Below, piece after piece: positions 1 to 10,495 of a stretch of 64,000 bases of DNA. Location of the stretch: contig CAWGLN010000001.1 of the NCBI GenBank assembly GCA_963823435.1, positions 138,365-202,364 of the forward strand. The letters are read 5' to 3'. The DNA comes from an uncultured Gammaproteobacteria bacterium. Its GTDB lineage: Bacteria; Pseudomonadota; Gammaproteobacteria; Steroidobacterales; BM003. The position numbers were made by a program, and so were the translations under genes. Position 1 is the stretch's first letter. Each line of letters opens with the position of its first letter. The notes beneath the pieces were generated by a model, which worked only from the letters and a program-made list of their open reading frames with translations, was not told the origin of the DNA and did not search any database.

Positions 1-729
1 CGACTGGTGGAAAGACAGGCCTACATTCGCAAGGCAGGTGTCCTGACCTGGCTGCGTCCGGACGCCAAGAGCCAGGTCACCTTCCGCTACGAGGGCAACA
101 AGCCCGTGGGCGTGGAAGCCGTGGTGCTTTCGACCCAGCATCACCCCGACATCCGCCAGGAAGACCTGCAGGAAGCGGTAATGGAGGAGATCATCAAGCC
201 GGTGTTGCCGGCGGAGTGGTTAACCGCCAACACCCGCTACCACATCAACCCAACCGGCAGGTTCGTTATCGGCGGCCCGGTCGGTGACTGCGGCCTGACC
301 GGGCGCAAGATTATCGTCGATACTTACGGTGGCATGGCTCGTCATGGGGGCGGCGCGTTTTCGGGCAAGGATCCATCCAAGGTTGACCGCTCGGCGGCGT
401 ACGCCTGTCGCTATGTGGCCAAGAATATCGTCGCGGCAGGACTGGCGGATCGCTGCGAAATCCAGGTTTCTTACGCAATTGGCGTGGCCGAGCCTACTTC
501 CATCAGCATGGAGACTTTCGGCACCGGCAAGCTGCCCGAAAGTCGCCTGGTGGAACTGGTGCGTGCGCATTTCGACCTGCGCCCCTATGGCATCGTGAAA
601 ATGCTGGACCTGATACGCCCGATCTATCGCAAGACCGCCGCCTACGGGCATTTCGGCCGGGAAGATACCGACTTCACCTGGGAAAGGGTGGACAAGGCTG
701 AGTTGCTGCGTGCCGAATCGGGACTGTAG
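1..729 (+). CDS. metK: S-adenosylmethionine synthetase, C-terminal portion (5' end outside the window)
   Basis: The frame is open from base 1 (ORF track 7..729). The translation carries MetK C-terminal hallmarks: [38 protein letters not shown]. Confidence 0.93.
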   Translation, partial: RLVERQAYIRKAGVLTWLRPDAKSQVTFRYEGNKPVGVEAVVLSTQHHPDIRQEDLQEAVMEEIIKPVLPAEWLTANTRYHINPTGRFVIGGPVGDCGLTGRKIIVDTYGGMARHGGGAFSGKDPSKVDRSAAYACRYVAKNIVAAGLADRCEIQVSYAIGVAEPTSISMETFGTGKLPESRLVELVRAHFDLRPYGIVKMLDLIRPIYRKTAAYGHFGREDTDFTWERVDKAELLRAESGL

Positions 730-771
730 ACCCTTATCAATCAATACATGAATTTTTGGAGTACATAGAAC

Positions 772-2193
772 ATGGCAACTGAGAAAGCGGCGGTAAAGCC
801 GGTTACCGATTACATAGTGGCGGACATATCCATGGCGGCTTTCGGGCGTAAGGAAATAGCCATTGCCGAGACCGAGATGCCGGGCCTGATGGCCCTGCGT
901 GCAGAGTACGGACAGGACAAGCCCCTGAAAGGTGCACGCATAGCCGGTTCCCTGCACATGACCATCCAGACGGCCGTGCTGATCGAAACCCTGGCAGCCC
1001 TGGGCGCCGAAGTGCGTTGGGCCTCATGCAATATCTACTCCACACAGGATCACGCGGCGGCGGCCATCGCTGACTCGGGGATCCCGGTATTTGCCTTCAA
1101 GGGCGAGACCCTGGATGAGTACTGGGAATACACCCACCGGATCATGGAATGGCACGGTGGCGGCTGCCCCAATATGATCCTCGACGATGGTGGCGATGCC
1201 ACCATGCTCGTGATCCTGGGCTCCAAGGCCGAGAAGGACTCCACGCTGCTGGACAACCCCGGTAGCCATGAAGAGAAGGCCCTGTTCTCGGCCATCCGCA
1301 AGCGCCTGCAGAGTGACCCCGGCTTTTATTCGCGGATACGTGCGGAGATTCGCGGTGTTACCGAGGAAACCACAACCGGCGTACACCGGCTCTACGAGAT
1401 GATGAAGAAGGGTGAACTTCCCTTCCCCGCCATCAATGTGAATGACTCGGTCACCAAGTCCAAGTTTGACAACCTCTACGGTTGCCGCGAATCACTGGTG
1501 GACGGTATCAAGCGCGCAACCGACGTGATGGTCGCAGGCAAAATCGCCATCGTGGCCGGCTTTGGCGACGTCGGAAAAGGCAGCGCCCAATCCCTGCGCG
1601 GCCTGGGCGCCACCGTGTGGATAACCGAGATCGACCCCATTTGCGCGCTGCAGGCGGCGATGGAAGGCTACCGCGTGGTTACCATGGATGAGGCGGTGGA
1701 CAAGGCCGACATATTCGTCACCGCCACCGGTAACTACCATGTCATCACTCACGATCATATGCAGCGTATGAAACACCAGGCCATCGTGTGCAACATCGGA
1801 CACTTTGACAATGAAATCGACGTGGCCGGCGTGGAAAAATACGAGTGGGAGAACATCAAGAACCAGGTGGATCACATTATTTTCCCGGATGGCAAGCGCA
1901 TCATCCTGCTGGCGCAGGGTCGCCTGGTGAATCTCGGCTGCGGCACAGGCCACCCCAGCTTTGTAATGTCCAACTCTTTCACCAACCAGGTGCTGGCCCA
2001 GATCGAGCTGTGGAAGCACCCGGAAAAGTATGCGAACGAGGTCTACGTACTGCCCAAGCATCTGGATGAAAAAGTCGCCAGGCTGCACCTGGATCGTATC
2101 GGCGTACACCTGACCACGCTGCGGCCGGAACAGGCTGAATATATCGGGGTGCCGGTGGAAGGACCGTACAAACCGGACCAATACCGTTACTAG
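772..2193 (+). CDS. ahcY: Adenosylhomocysteinase (S-adenosyl-L-homocysteine hydrolase)
   Basis: 473-aa ORF. It has [14 protein letters not shown], the NAD-binding motif [10 protein letters not shown] and HFDNEID, and ends in the typical ...YRY. It follows metK, a common methyl-cycle pairing. Confidence 0.95.
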   Translation: MATEKAAVKPVTDYIVADISMAAFGRKEIAIAETEMPGLMALRAEYGQDKPLKGARIAGSLHMTIQTAVLIETLAALGAEVRWASCNIYSTQDHAAAAIADSGIPVFAFKGETLDEYWEYTHRIMEWHGGGCPNMILDDGGDATMLVILGSKAEKDSTLLDNPGSHEEKALFSAIRKRLQSDPGFYSRIRAEIRGVTEETTTGVHRLYEMMKKGELPFPAINVNDSVTKSKFDNLYGCRESLVDGIKRATDVMVAGKIAIVAGFGDVGKGSAQSLRGLGATVWITEIDPICALQAAMEGYRVVTMDEAVDKADIFVTATGNYHVITHDHMQRMKHQAIVCNIGHFDNEIDVAGVEKYEWENIKNQVDHIIFPDGKRIILLAQGRLVNLGCGTGHPSFVMSNSFTNQVLAQIELWKHPEKYANEVYVLPKHLDEKVARLHLDRIGVHLTTLRPEQAEYIGVPVEGPYKPDQYRY

Positions 2194-2215
2194 AACCCGT
2201 TCCAGACCCTGATCA

Positions 2216-2241
2216 AAGCGGCCCCCGGGCCGCTTTTTTTT
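2216..2241 (+). terminator. Rho-independent terminator after ahcY
   Basis: GC hairpin agcggcc-cccg-ggccgct followed by a run of 8 T, about 20 nt after the ahcY stop. Confidence 0.6.
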
Positions 2242-2382
2242 GCTCTGGTAACCCACCCCTCCCACCGTCGACGGGGGCCGGATTCTCACTCCCGTCGTAC
2301 ATACCGCGAGCGGGTGGGGAAAAATGCGCAGGGGCCATGCGCATTTGTAGCTATTGGAAGCCATGCCGGTCTTGGTTAGCCT

Positions 2383-4050
2383 GTGCAAATGACTGACCAA
2401 CGACAAAGTGACCTTACTACTCCCACCGATCTGCTAAGCCACGGCGCCGGCACAGGCCCGGTACGTCAGCGACGGCCGGTTTACGTGGATTTGTTGCCGC
2501 CGTGCAATAGCGCCTGCCCCGCAGGTGAAAATATCCAGGCCTGGCTGAACCAGGCTCAAGCGGGACAATTCGAGGCAGCCTGGCAAACACTGATGCAGGA
2601 CAATCCCATGCCGGCGATCCACGGCAGGGTCTGTTATCACCCCTGCGAGGACGGCTGTAACCGCAATCACATAGACGCCACGGTTAGTATTCATGCGGTT
2701 GAACGCTACCTGGGTGACATGGCGAGGCAGCATGGTTGGCTGCCACGATTCAGCGCCCGCGCATCGGGGAAACGGGTACTGGTAATCGGCGCAGGCCCCA
2801 GCGGTCTGTCTGCGGCCTACCACCTTGTCCGTCACGGACACCAGGTCGAAATACACGAGGCCGGCCCGGTCCCGGGCGGGATGATGCATTTTGGCATTCC
2901 CGCCTACCGTCTGCCTCGAAATGTACTGAAAGAGGAAATTCAACGCATCGAAGCCGTCGGTGTGAAGATCGTCCTTGATCACAAGGTAGAGGACGTCCTG
3001 GCGGAAAAGCAGGCCGGCGGGTTCGATGCGGTTTTCGTCGCGGTAGGCGCCCATATCGGCAAGAAGATCGACATCCCGGCGAGGGATGCGCGGCAGATCC
3101 TGGACGCCGTTTCCTTCCTCAAGGATGTGGAAAGCGGGCGCGCAGTCAAACTGGGTCGCCGGGTGGCAATTTATGGTGGGGGCAACACCGCCATGGATGC
3201 GGCGCGCACAGCCAAGCGACTGGGTGTGGACGAAGCCCTGATCATTTACCGACGTGATAGAGAAAACATGCCGGCGCACGACTTCGAGGCCGACCAGGCA
3301 CTCGAGGAAGGCGTGAAAATAAACTGGTTACGCACCATCAAGGAAATAGACCAGAGCAAATTCACGGTAGAGGTAATGGAAGTTCGAGACGGCCGACCGG
3401 TGGGCACCGGAAGGTTCGAAACCCTGGAAGCTGACTCGCTCATCCTGGCGCTGGGTCAGGATACCGACACCGGTTTCCTGCGCAAGGTGCCGGAAATTGA
3501 ATTCATGCCGGACGGCACGGTGCAGGTTGGCGACAACATGATGACAGGTTGTGATGGCATTTTCGCCGGCGGAGACATGGTTCCAAGCGAGCGTACCGTC
3601 ACTATCGCCGTGGGCCACGGTAAAAAGGCTGCGAAGTTCATAGACGGTTACCTGCGCGGCCGCACCGTGTCCGTACCGCCGAAAAACCCGCCGGTCGGAT
3701 TTGAAGGTCTGCACGTCTGGTACAAGACCAACGCGCCAAAAAGTGTGCAGCCGCAAATGACGGGGGGAGAGGCCAGCCAGGGGTTTGAGGAAATTGTGGC
3801 CGGTCTGGATGAGTCTGAAGCGGTATACGAGGCCGCGCGTTGTCTTTCCTGCGGCAACTGTTTCGAGTGCGACGGCTGCTATGCGTCCTGTCCCGAGGAT
3901 GCCGTGATCAAGCTGGGGCCGGGGCGACGCTACCGCTATGACTACAAGTTGTGTACCGGCTGTGCGGTCTGCTTTGAGCAATGCCCCTGTCATGCCATCG
4001 AAATGGTGCCGGAAACCGGTGTCGGCGGCAGCGATGGAGGAACCAGCTAA
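2383..4050 (+). CDS. GltD/NfnB-like NAD(P)H:FAD oxidoreductase with a C-terminal 2x[4Fe-4S] ferredoxin domain
   Basis: 555-aa ORF. The N-terminal Cys cluster resembles the glutamate synthase small subunit. It has the dinucleotide fold VLVIGAGPSGLSAAY and a second GGGNTAMD motif. The C-terminus has CLSCGNCFECDGC...CP and CTGCAVCFEQCPC. The GTG at 2383 or the ATG at 2389 could be the start. Its stop overlaps the PFOR start (TAATG at 4048-4052). Confidence 0.8.
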   Translation: MQMTDQRQSDLTTPTDLLSHGAGTGPVRQRRPVYVDLLPPCNSACPAGENIQAWLNQAQAGQFEAAWQTLMQDNPMPAIHGRVCYHPCEDGCNRNHIDATVSIHAVERYLGDMARQHGWLPRFSARASGKRVLVIGAGPSGLSAAYHLVRHGHQVEIHEAGPVPGGMMHFGIPAYRLPRNVLKEEIQRIEAVGVKIVLDHKVEDVLAEKQAGGFDAVFVAVGAHIGKKIDIPARDARQILDAVSFLKDVESGRAVKLGRRVAIYGGGNTAMDAARTAKRLGVDEALIIYRRDRENMPAHDFEADQALEEGVKINWLRTIKEIDQSKFTVEVMEVRDGRPVGTGRFETLEADSLILALGQDTDTGFLRKVPEIEFMPDGTVQVGDNMMTGCDGIFAGGDMVPSERTVTIAVGHGKKAAKFIDGYLRGRTVSVPPKNPPVGFEGLHVWYKTNAPKSVQPQMTGGEASQGFEEIVAGLDESEAVYEAARCLSCGNCFECDGCYASCPEDAVIKLGPGRRYRYDYKLCTGCAVCFEQCPCHAIEMVPETGVGGSDGGTS

Positions 4051-7000
4051 TGGCCCCCGAACAGACCGTCACCACCATTGATGGCAATGAAGCCGCGGCC
4101 TACGTCGCCTACCGGGTCAACGAGGTATGCGCCATATACCCCATCACGCCCTCCTCCACCATGGCCGAACTGGCCGATGAGTGGGTCGTGAAGGGTGTGG
4201 AGAATCTTTGGGGCAAACAGCCCGATGTGGTCGAAATGCAGTCCGAGGGCGGTGCCGCAGGCGCCGTGCACGGAGCCCTGCAGGCCGGCGCACTCACCAC
4301 CACCTTTACAGCCTCCCAGGGGCTGATGCTGATGCTGCCTAACATGTACAAGATCGCTGGTGAACTGACCAGCACCGTGTTTCATGTGGCCGCCCGCTCT
4401 CTGGCCGCCCAGGCGCTATCCATTTTTGGTGATCACAGCGACGTGATGGCCGCCCGCACCACCGGGTTCGCCTTGTTGTCCTCGACATCGGTGCAAGAGG
4501 CCCATGACATGGCGCTGATCGCCCAGGCCGCCTGCCTCAGGGCCAGGGTCCCGTTCCTGCATTTTTTCGACGGCTTCCGGACCTCGCATGAGGTCAACAA
4601 GATTGTCCTGCTCTCCGATGAACAAATCCGTAGCATGATCGACGATGAACTGGTTTACGCTCACCGCAAACGCGCGCTGAACCCGGACAATCCTTTCATT
4701 CGTGGCACCGCCCAGAATCCTGACGTGTATTTTCAGGCCAGGGAAACCGTGAACCCCTACTACGAGGCGGCACCCGGAATCGTTCAGGACGCGATGGATC
4801 AACTGGGTCGGCTCACTGGAAGGCATTACAGGCTGTTCGACTATTACGGCGCCAGCGACGCTGACCGGGTCCTGGTTATCATGGGATCCGGGTCGCACAC
4901 GGTGCGCGAAACCGTGGACGTGCTGATGACCCGCGGGGAGAAGGTGGGTGTACTGACGGTTCGCCTGTACCGGCCCTTCTCCATAAAAGACTTCGTACAG
5001 GCGTTGCCCGGGACAGTCAGCCGTATTGCAGTATTGGACCGGACCAAGGAAGTAGGCGCCACCGGCGAGCCTCTGTATCAGGACGTAGTCACCGGTCTGG
5101 TCGAAGCGGTGAACAGCGGTCTGTTTCCTCGTTTGCCAAGGATCACAGGCGGTCGCTACGGGCTTTCTTCCAAAGAATTCACCCCCGGCATGGTGGCCGG
5201 TATTTTCGGCGAACTGGTCAAGGAACAACCGAAAAACCATTTCACCATAGGCATTAACGACGACGTTTCGGGTACCAGCCTGGTCTTTGAACCGGATTTC
5301 CCGCTACCGGACCAGGGTATGACCCAGGCCCTGTTTTATGGGCTGGGTGCAGATGGCACGGTCGGCGCCAACAAGAACAGCATCAAGATTATTGGTGAGG
5401 AGACCAACCTGCATGCCCAGGGCTATTTCGTCTATGACTCCAAAAAATCAGGTGCCCAGACTGTTTCACACTTGCGCTTTGGACCAGAGCCCATCAACAA
5501 GCCCTACCTGATTCGCGAAGCTGATTTCGTCGCCTGCCACCAGTACGCCTTCGTGCAAAAAATTGACATGCTGGCCCATGCCAAGCCCGGCGCGACATTC
5601 TTGCTCAACAGCCACCTTGGCCCGGACCAGGTCTGGAATGATATGCCCAGGCCGGTGCAGCGGGCGCTCCTGAAAAAGAAACTCAGGTTCTTTGTCATTG
5701 ACGCTACGAAGGTGGCCCAGTCTGCCGGTATGGGCACACGCATCAATACGATTATGCAGACCTGCTTCTTCGCCTTGTCCGGTGTGCTGCCCCGGGACGA
5801 GGCGATCGAAAAAATCAAACAGGCGATCGAAAAAACCTATGCTCGCAAGGGCGACGAAGCCATACACAAGAATTTCCGGGCGGTGGATGCAACCCTGGAT
5901 TACCTGCATGAAGTCCTGATCCCGGAAACCGAAAACAACGACAGGGAATTCCCGCTGGCGGTGTCGGAGTCCGCCCCGGAATTCGTACGCAAGGTAACTG
6001 GCGCCATGATCGCGGGCAAGGGCGACGACCTGCCCGTCAGCGCCCTGCCGGTGGATGGTACATACCCTGTTGGCACAACGCGCTGGGAGAAACGCAACAT
6101 CGCCGACCAGGTTCCACTGTGGGACCCGGACCTGTGCATACAATGCGGAAACTGCAGTTTCGTCTGCCCCCACAGCGTGATTCGTGCCAAGTTCTTCCAC
6201 AAGGACTACCTGGGACAAGCCCCGACAGGTTTCCCTTCGTCCCATATTATCGCCCGGGGCTTTCCCGAGACGCGGTACTCCCTGCAGGTTTACACCGAAG
6301 ATTGCACGGGCTGTCGGCTGTGCGTCGAGGCCTGCCCCGTGGTGGATCCCGAAGTACGCGGCCGCAAGGCCATCAATATGACGCGCAAGCTGCCGTTGCT
6401 GGAGCAAAGCAGGGAACACCTCAAATTCTACGAGAACCTGCCTGTCAATGATCGCAGCAAGGTTGAATATTCCCGGGTCCAGGGCGCCCAGTTCCTCGAG
6501 CCGCTGTTCGAGTTCAGCGGAGCTTGCGCAGGGTGCGGCGAGACGCCCTACGTGCGTCTGTTGTCACAGTTGTTTGGTGACCGTCTGATTGTCGCGAACG
6601 CCACCGGTTGCTCGTCCATTTACGGCGGTAATTTGCCAACCACGCCGTGGACAACCAACGCCGAGGGCAAGGGTCCCGCCTGGTCCAACTCCCTGTTCGA
6701 GGACAACGCGGAGTTCGGCTTGGGGATGCGGGTCACGGTCGACAATCACACCGCCCTGGCACGCAGCCTGTTGTTGAAGTTACGGGACCAGCTTGGTCCT
6801 GAACTCGTGGACGAGTTACGCGCAGGCGCCCCAGGTATTCGAGTCCGAGATTCGCCTGCAACGGGAACGGATTGCCACGCTCAAAAGCCGTTTGAACAAA
6901 TTGGATACGCCGGACAGCAAGAGCCTGTTGTCGGTGGCGGACAACCTGGTGCGACGCAGTGTCTGGCTGGTTGGCGGAGACGGCTGGGCCTACGACATCG

Positions 7001-7623
7001 GGTCGGGCGGCCTGGACCATGTCATGGCGCTTGGACGCAATGTGAATATCCTGGTAATGGACACCGAGGTCTACTCCAACACGGGCGGCCAGATGTCCAA
7101 GGCAACCCCCACGGCAGCCACCGCAAAATTTGCCGCGGCCGGCAAGAGAGTGGGTAAAAAAGACCTGGCCCTGCAAGCCATTTCCTACGGCAATGTGTAT
7201 GTCGCCCAGATCGCCATGGGCGCGAACCCCCAGCAAACACTGCTGGCCCTGAGAGAGGCGGAAGCCTATGACGGCCCCTCCCTGGTTCTGGCTTACAGCC
7301 ATTGCATAGCTCACGGCATCAATATGCACCAGGGCTTGACCCAGCAAAAGCTGGCAGTCGCCAGCGGCTACTGGCCGCTGGTTCGCTACAACCCCGTGTT
7401 GCGGACCGAGGGCAAGAATCCCTTTGTTCTGGATTCGACTCGCCCGACCATCAAACTGAAAGACTACGCCTACAACGAATTGCGCTACCGAATTCTTTTG
7501 CGCAGCAATCCGGGGGAAGCTGGAAAGCTGATGCAACTTGCCCAGGAAATGGTGGATCTGCGCTGGAGAACCTACGAAGGAATGGCCAGCCAGACAGCCA
7601 GGGATTTCCAACCGGTGGCCTGA
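4050..7623 (+). pseudogene. nifJ: Pyruvate:ferredoxin/flavodoxin oxidoreductase (PFOR, NifJ/YdbK type), reading frame broken by one apparent +1 indel near 6822
   Basis: The N-terminal frame (ORF 3981..7157, true ATG at 4050, MAPEQTVTTIDGNEAAAYVAYR...ITPSS) reads PFOR domains I-V, including both ferredoxin-type Cys motifs (CIQCGNCSFVCPH, CTGCRLCVEACP). After ...LGPELVDEL it turns into nonsense. The TPP-binding C-terminus (GGDGWAYDIGSGGLDHV, DTEVYSNTGGQMSKATP) continues in the +1 frame (ORF 6793..7623). Confidence 0.88.
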
Positions 7624-7672
7624 GTCCGGCGGTTGGCCGGAGTGTTGTAATGAACATCAAACCCGGAGTGGA

Positions 7673-8674
7673 ATGAACATGAATCTGACAAGCACTTACC
7701 TGGGATTGGAGCTGCGCTCACCTATTGTGGTGTCCGCCTGCCCGCTTTCCGAGGATGTTGCGAATATCGTCAAGATGGAGGATCACGGTGCGGGGGCTGT
7801 TGTGCTGTTTTCCCTGTTCGAGGAACAAATTCGGCGGGAGAACGCACTCTACCAGGAAGTCATACAAAACACTGAAGGCGCCTTCGCCGAAGCTGCCGAC
7901 TATTTCCCCGGGGCGGAAGACTATCAATCCGGGACCGCCGAGTACCTGGATCTCATCCGTCGGGCCAAGGAACGCGTGGAGATGCCTGTTATCGCCAGCC
8001 TGAACGGCACCTCAGCCGAGGGCTGGATTGAATACGCCAGGCAACTTGAACAGGCGGGCGCTGACGGTATAGAGCTGAACGTTTTCTATATCCCGGCAGA
8101 TATATCCCTGACCGGCGTGGAGGTAGAACAGCGCTACCTGGATATCGTGAAACTGGTGAAGTCCACCGTGAGCATTCCTGTGGCGATAAAGCTGAACCCC
8201 TATTTCAGTGCAATGGGTAATACGGCCCATAAGCTGGCCGAAGCGGGGGCCGACGGCCTGGTTTTTTTCAATCGTTTTTACCAACCGGATTTTGACATCG
8301 AGAATCTCCGGGTCATCAGCGACCTGCGCTACAGTCGGCACGACGAAATACGCCTTCCGCTACTGTGGATCGCCGCCCTGCACGGCCGGGTGAATGCCTC
8401 CTTCGCGGCAACCAGTGGCGTTCAGGGAGCGACTGAAGTTGTGAAATACCTGTTGGCTGGCGCCGACGTGGTGATGACGGCCTCATCACTCTATCGCCAT
8501 GGAATAGAACACCTGGAAACCCTGGGTCGGGACCTTGAGTCCTGGATGCAGCGGCTCCAGTTCGATTCGGTTGCCGGCTTCCGGGGAGTACTCAGTCAGC
8601 AGAACATTCGCGACACCACGGCCTACGAACGCGCAAACTATATTCGCATCATGGAGCGAGCCCGCCTGGCCTGA
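7673..8674 (+). CDS. Dihydroorotate dehydrogenase-like (PyrD/PreA-family) FMN protein
   Basis: ORF 7538..8674. The likely start is the ATG at 7673 (MNMNLTSTYLGLELRSPIVVSACPL), with GGAG upstream. It looks like a class-1 DHODH/DPD-like TIM barrel (ADGIELNV, IPVAIKLNP). It has no Fe-S domain. Confidence 0.75.
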   Translation: MNMNLTSTYLGLELRSPIVVSACPLSEDVANIVKMEDHGAGAVVLFSLFEEQIRRENALYQEVIQNTEGAFAEAADYFPGAEDYQSGTAEYLDLIRRAKERVEMPVIASLNGTSAEGWIEYARQLEQAGADGIELNVFYIPADISLTGVEVEQRYLDIVKLVKSTVSIPVAIKLNPYFSAMGNTAHKLAEAGADGLVFFNRFYQPDFDIENLRVISDLRYSRHDEIRLPLLWIAALHGRVNASFAATSGVQGATEVVKYLLAGADVVMTASSLYRHGIEHLETLGRDLESWMQRLQFDSVAGFRGVLSQQNIRDTTAYERANYIRIMERARLA

Positions 8675-8840
8675 GACGACACCGGGGACCGGATCATGAT
8701 TCGTCTTTCCGGGGGGAAAAGCGAGCCCGTTGCCCAAAGCACAAGGGGCACTACAAGGCAATCACACCAACAGGGTACAAGCCCGATTAATGAGCTTCTG
8801 TTATGATTTCCATCACCAACCCAAACCATGACAGGGACCC

Positions 8841-9623
8841 GTGCGTACACTGACCGCCTCCACACAGGACGAACCTCTACGCCTGTTGCAGATCACGGAT
8901 TGTCACTTGTTTGCCGATCCGGACGGCGACATGTATGGGGGTTGTACCCGAGCCAGCCTGGTAAAGGTCCTGGAGGCCGCCCGCCCCCATCTGGAGACCT
9001 GCCACGCAGTGTTGGCCACCGGTGACCTCTCCCAGGACGAATCGGAAAGTTCCTACCGGGACTTCGTCAATCTGATGAGTCCGTTCGAGCGCCCGGTTTT
9101 GAGTATCCCGGGCAACCACGACAGATCTGAACTCATGCGTGCTCACCTGGACCAGGGACTGTTCCAGTTCTGTGGAGCCGCCAGGGGCGGTAACTGGCTG
9201 ATCATCATGCTCTCGAGCCAGGATCGGGGACGCACGGCAGGCGTACTTTGCGAGCCGGAGAGAGACCGCTGGCAGGAGTTGGCGAGGCGGCACCCCGACT
9301 GCCATGTGCTGGTTTGCCTCCACCACCAACCGGTAGATATCGGTTCGGCCTGGCTGGATGGTATTGGGCTGACGGGTGCCGATACCTTCATGCAACAGGT
9401 TCACGCCTGCGGCAACGTGCGCGGCGTGGTATGGGGTCACATACACCAGGAATTCGAGACCCGTATCGCCGGGGTAACCCTGCTGTCGGCGCCATCAACC
9501 TGCCATCAATTTGTCTCCGGGCAGGATGATTTCGGTATGCATCTTGGTCGTTCCGGATACCGAACCCTGGCACTGCACCCGGATGGCAGTATTGAGACTC
9601 GGGTACACTGGGTCAGCACCTGA
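8841..9623 (+). CDS. cpdA: 3',5'-cyclic-nucleotide phosphodiesterase (CpdA, calcineurin-like metallophosphoesterase)
   Basis: 260-aa ORF with a GTG start. Metallophosphoesterase motifs are present: ITDCHL, GDLSQDES, PGNHD, CLHH, GHIH. Confidence 0.85.
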   Translation: MRTLTASTQDEPLRLLQITDCHLFADPDGDMYGGCTRASLVKVLEAARPHLETCHAVLATGDLSQDESESSYRDFVNLMSPFERPVLSIPGNHDRSELMRAHLDQGLFQFCGAARGGNWLIIMLSSQDRGRTAGVLCEPERDRWQELARRHPDCHVLVCLHHQPVDIGSAWLDGIGLTGADTFMQQVHACGNVRGVVWGHIHQEFETRIAGVTLLSAPSTCHQFVSGQDDFGMHLGRSGYRTLALHPDGSIETRVHWVST

Positions 9624-9640
9624 CCCGGAGGGGACAGACA

Positions 9641-10210
9641 GTGGAGTCGGCAAGTAAACGAGAACTGGTCACCTGCTACGGCAGACTGCAAAAAAGCGGT
9701 CTTAATGACTCCCACAGTGGCAACGCCTCGGTACGCTGTGAGCGGGGAATGTGGATTACGCCCACTGGAGCCTGCGCCGATTCCCTGGACTTGAACGACC
9801 TGGTGCTTTGTCCCGCAGGTATCCCGCCTACACCCGGGTCATCCCTTGACGCACCCCTGCATGCGGCCATCTATCTGAAACTGCCGGCGGCCCAGGCGGT
9901 TCTGCATTTCCATCCCGCCCACGCCATTGCGCTGACCCTGGATGGACAGGATTTCCTTCCCGAAGATTTCGAGGGGTCCTACTTTCTGAATCGCATACCG
10001 GTACTGGACGTACCCTATGAGCGCTACATCCTGGATTCCCCGGAAGCGGTATCCGATGCCTTGCTTGAAAACCGGGTCACCATCGTCCGCGGCCATGGAG
10101 CCTACGTGTGTGGCACCTCCCTGGACCAGGCCTACAAGTGGGCGAGTGCGCTGGAGTCCTCCGCACGTATAACCTGGCTGGCCCGGGTGGCGGGTATTAC
10201 CTGTAGATGA
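9641..10210 (+). CDS. Class II aldolase/adducin-domain protein
   Basis: 189-aa ORF with GLNDSHSGNASVR near the N-terminus and His-rich metal-site spacing (HAAIY, HFHPAHA, GHG). This matches the class II aldolase fold. The substrate is unknown. Confidence 0.7.
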   Translation: MESASKRELVTCYGRLQKSGLNDSHSGNASVRCERGMWITPTGACADSLDLNDLVLCPAGIPPTPGSSLDAPLHAAIYLKLPAAQAVLHFHPAHAIALTLDGQDFLPEDFEGSYFLNRIPVLDVPYERYILDSPEAVSDALLENRVTIVRGHGAYVCGTSLDQAYKWASALESSARITWLARVAGITCR

Positions 10211-10251
10211 GACCTGTTTGCGGGAACCGGGCCGGCGCCTGCCTCAGGCCG

Positions 10252-10416
10252 TCAAATCTCCACCAGTTCGAAGTCCGCCTTTTCCGCACCACAGTCCGGA
10301 CAGCACCAGGTCACGGGCAGATCCTCCCAACGGGTCATGGGGGGTATATGGGACTGGGCGTCTCCCTGTTCTTCCTCGTAGATCCCGCCGCATACTACGC
10401 ACATGTAGGCTTTCAT
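10252..10416 (-). CDS. Rubredoxin (54 aa, below the size cut-off of the ORF track)
   Basis: Reverse-strand translation: [54 protein letters not shown]. It has two CxxCG knuckles (CVVCG, CPDCG) at the canonical rubredoxin spacing and the conserved aromatic residues. Confidence 0.85.
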   Translation of the reverse strand: MKAYMCVVCGGIYEEEQGDAQSHIPPMTRWEDLPVTWCCPDCGAEKADFELVEI

Positions 10417-10495
10417 CGGATTTTCCCGGGTTCGGCATCCTGTCGTGGAAAGTGCCTACAAGTTTAGCAGAGAAGTGAGTGACACTGCTGTTAGA

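Noticed and set aside
730-771. SAH riboswitch upstream of ahcY
   Set aside because: The metK-ahcY spacer is only 42 nt and AT-rich. It cannot hold the ~80-nt pseudoknotted SAH element, and no matching core sequence is visible.
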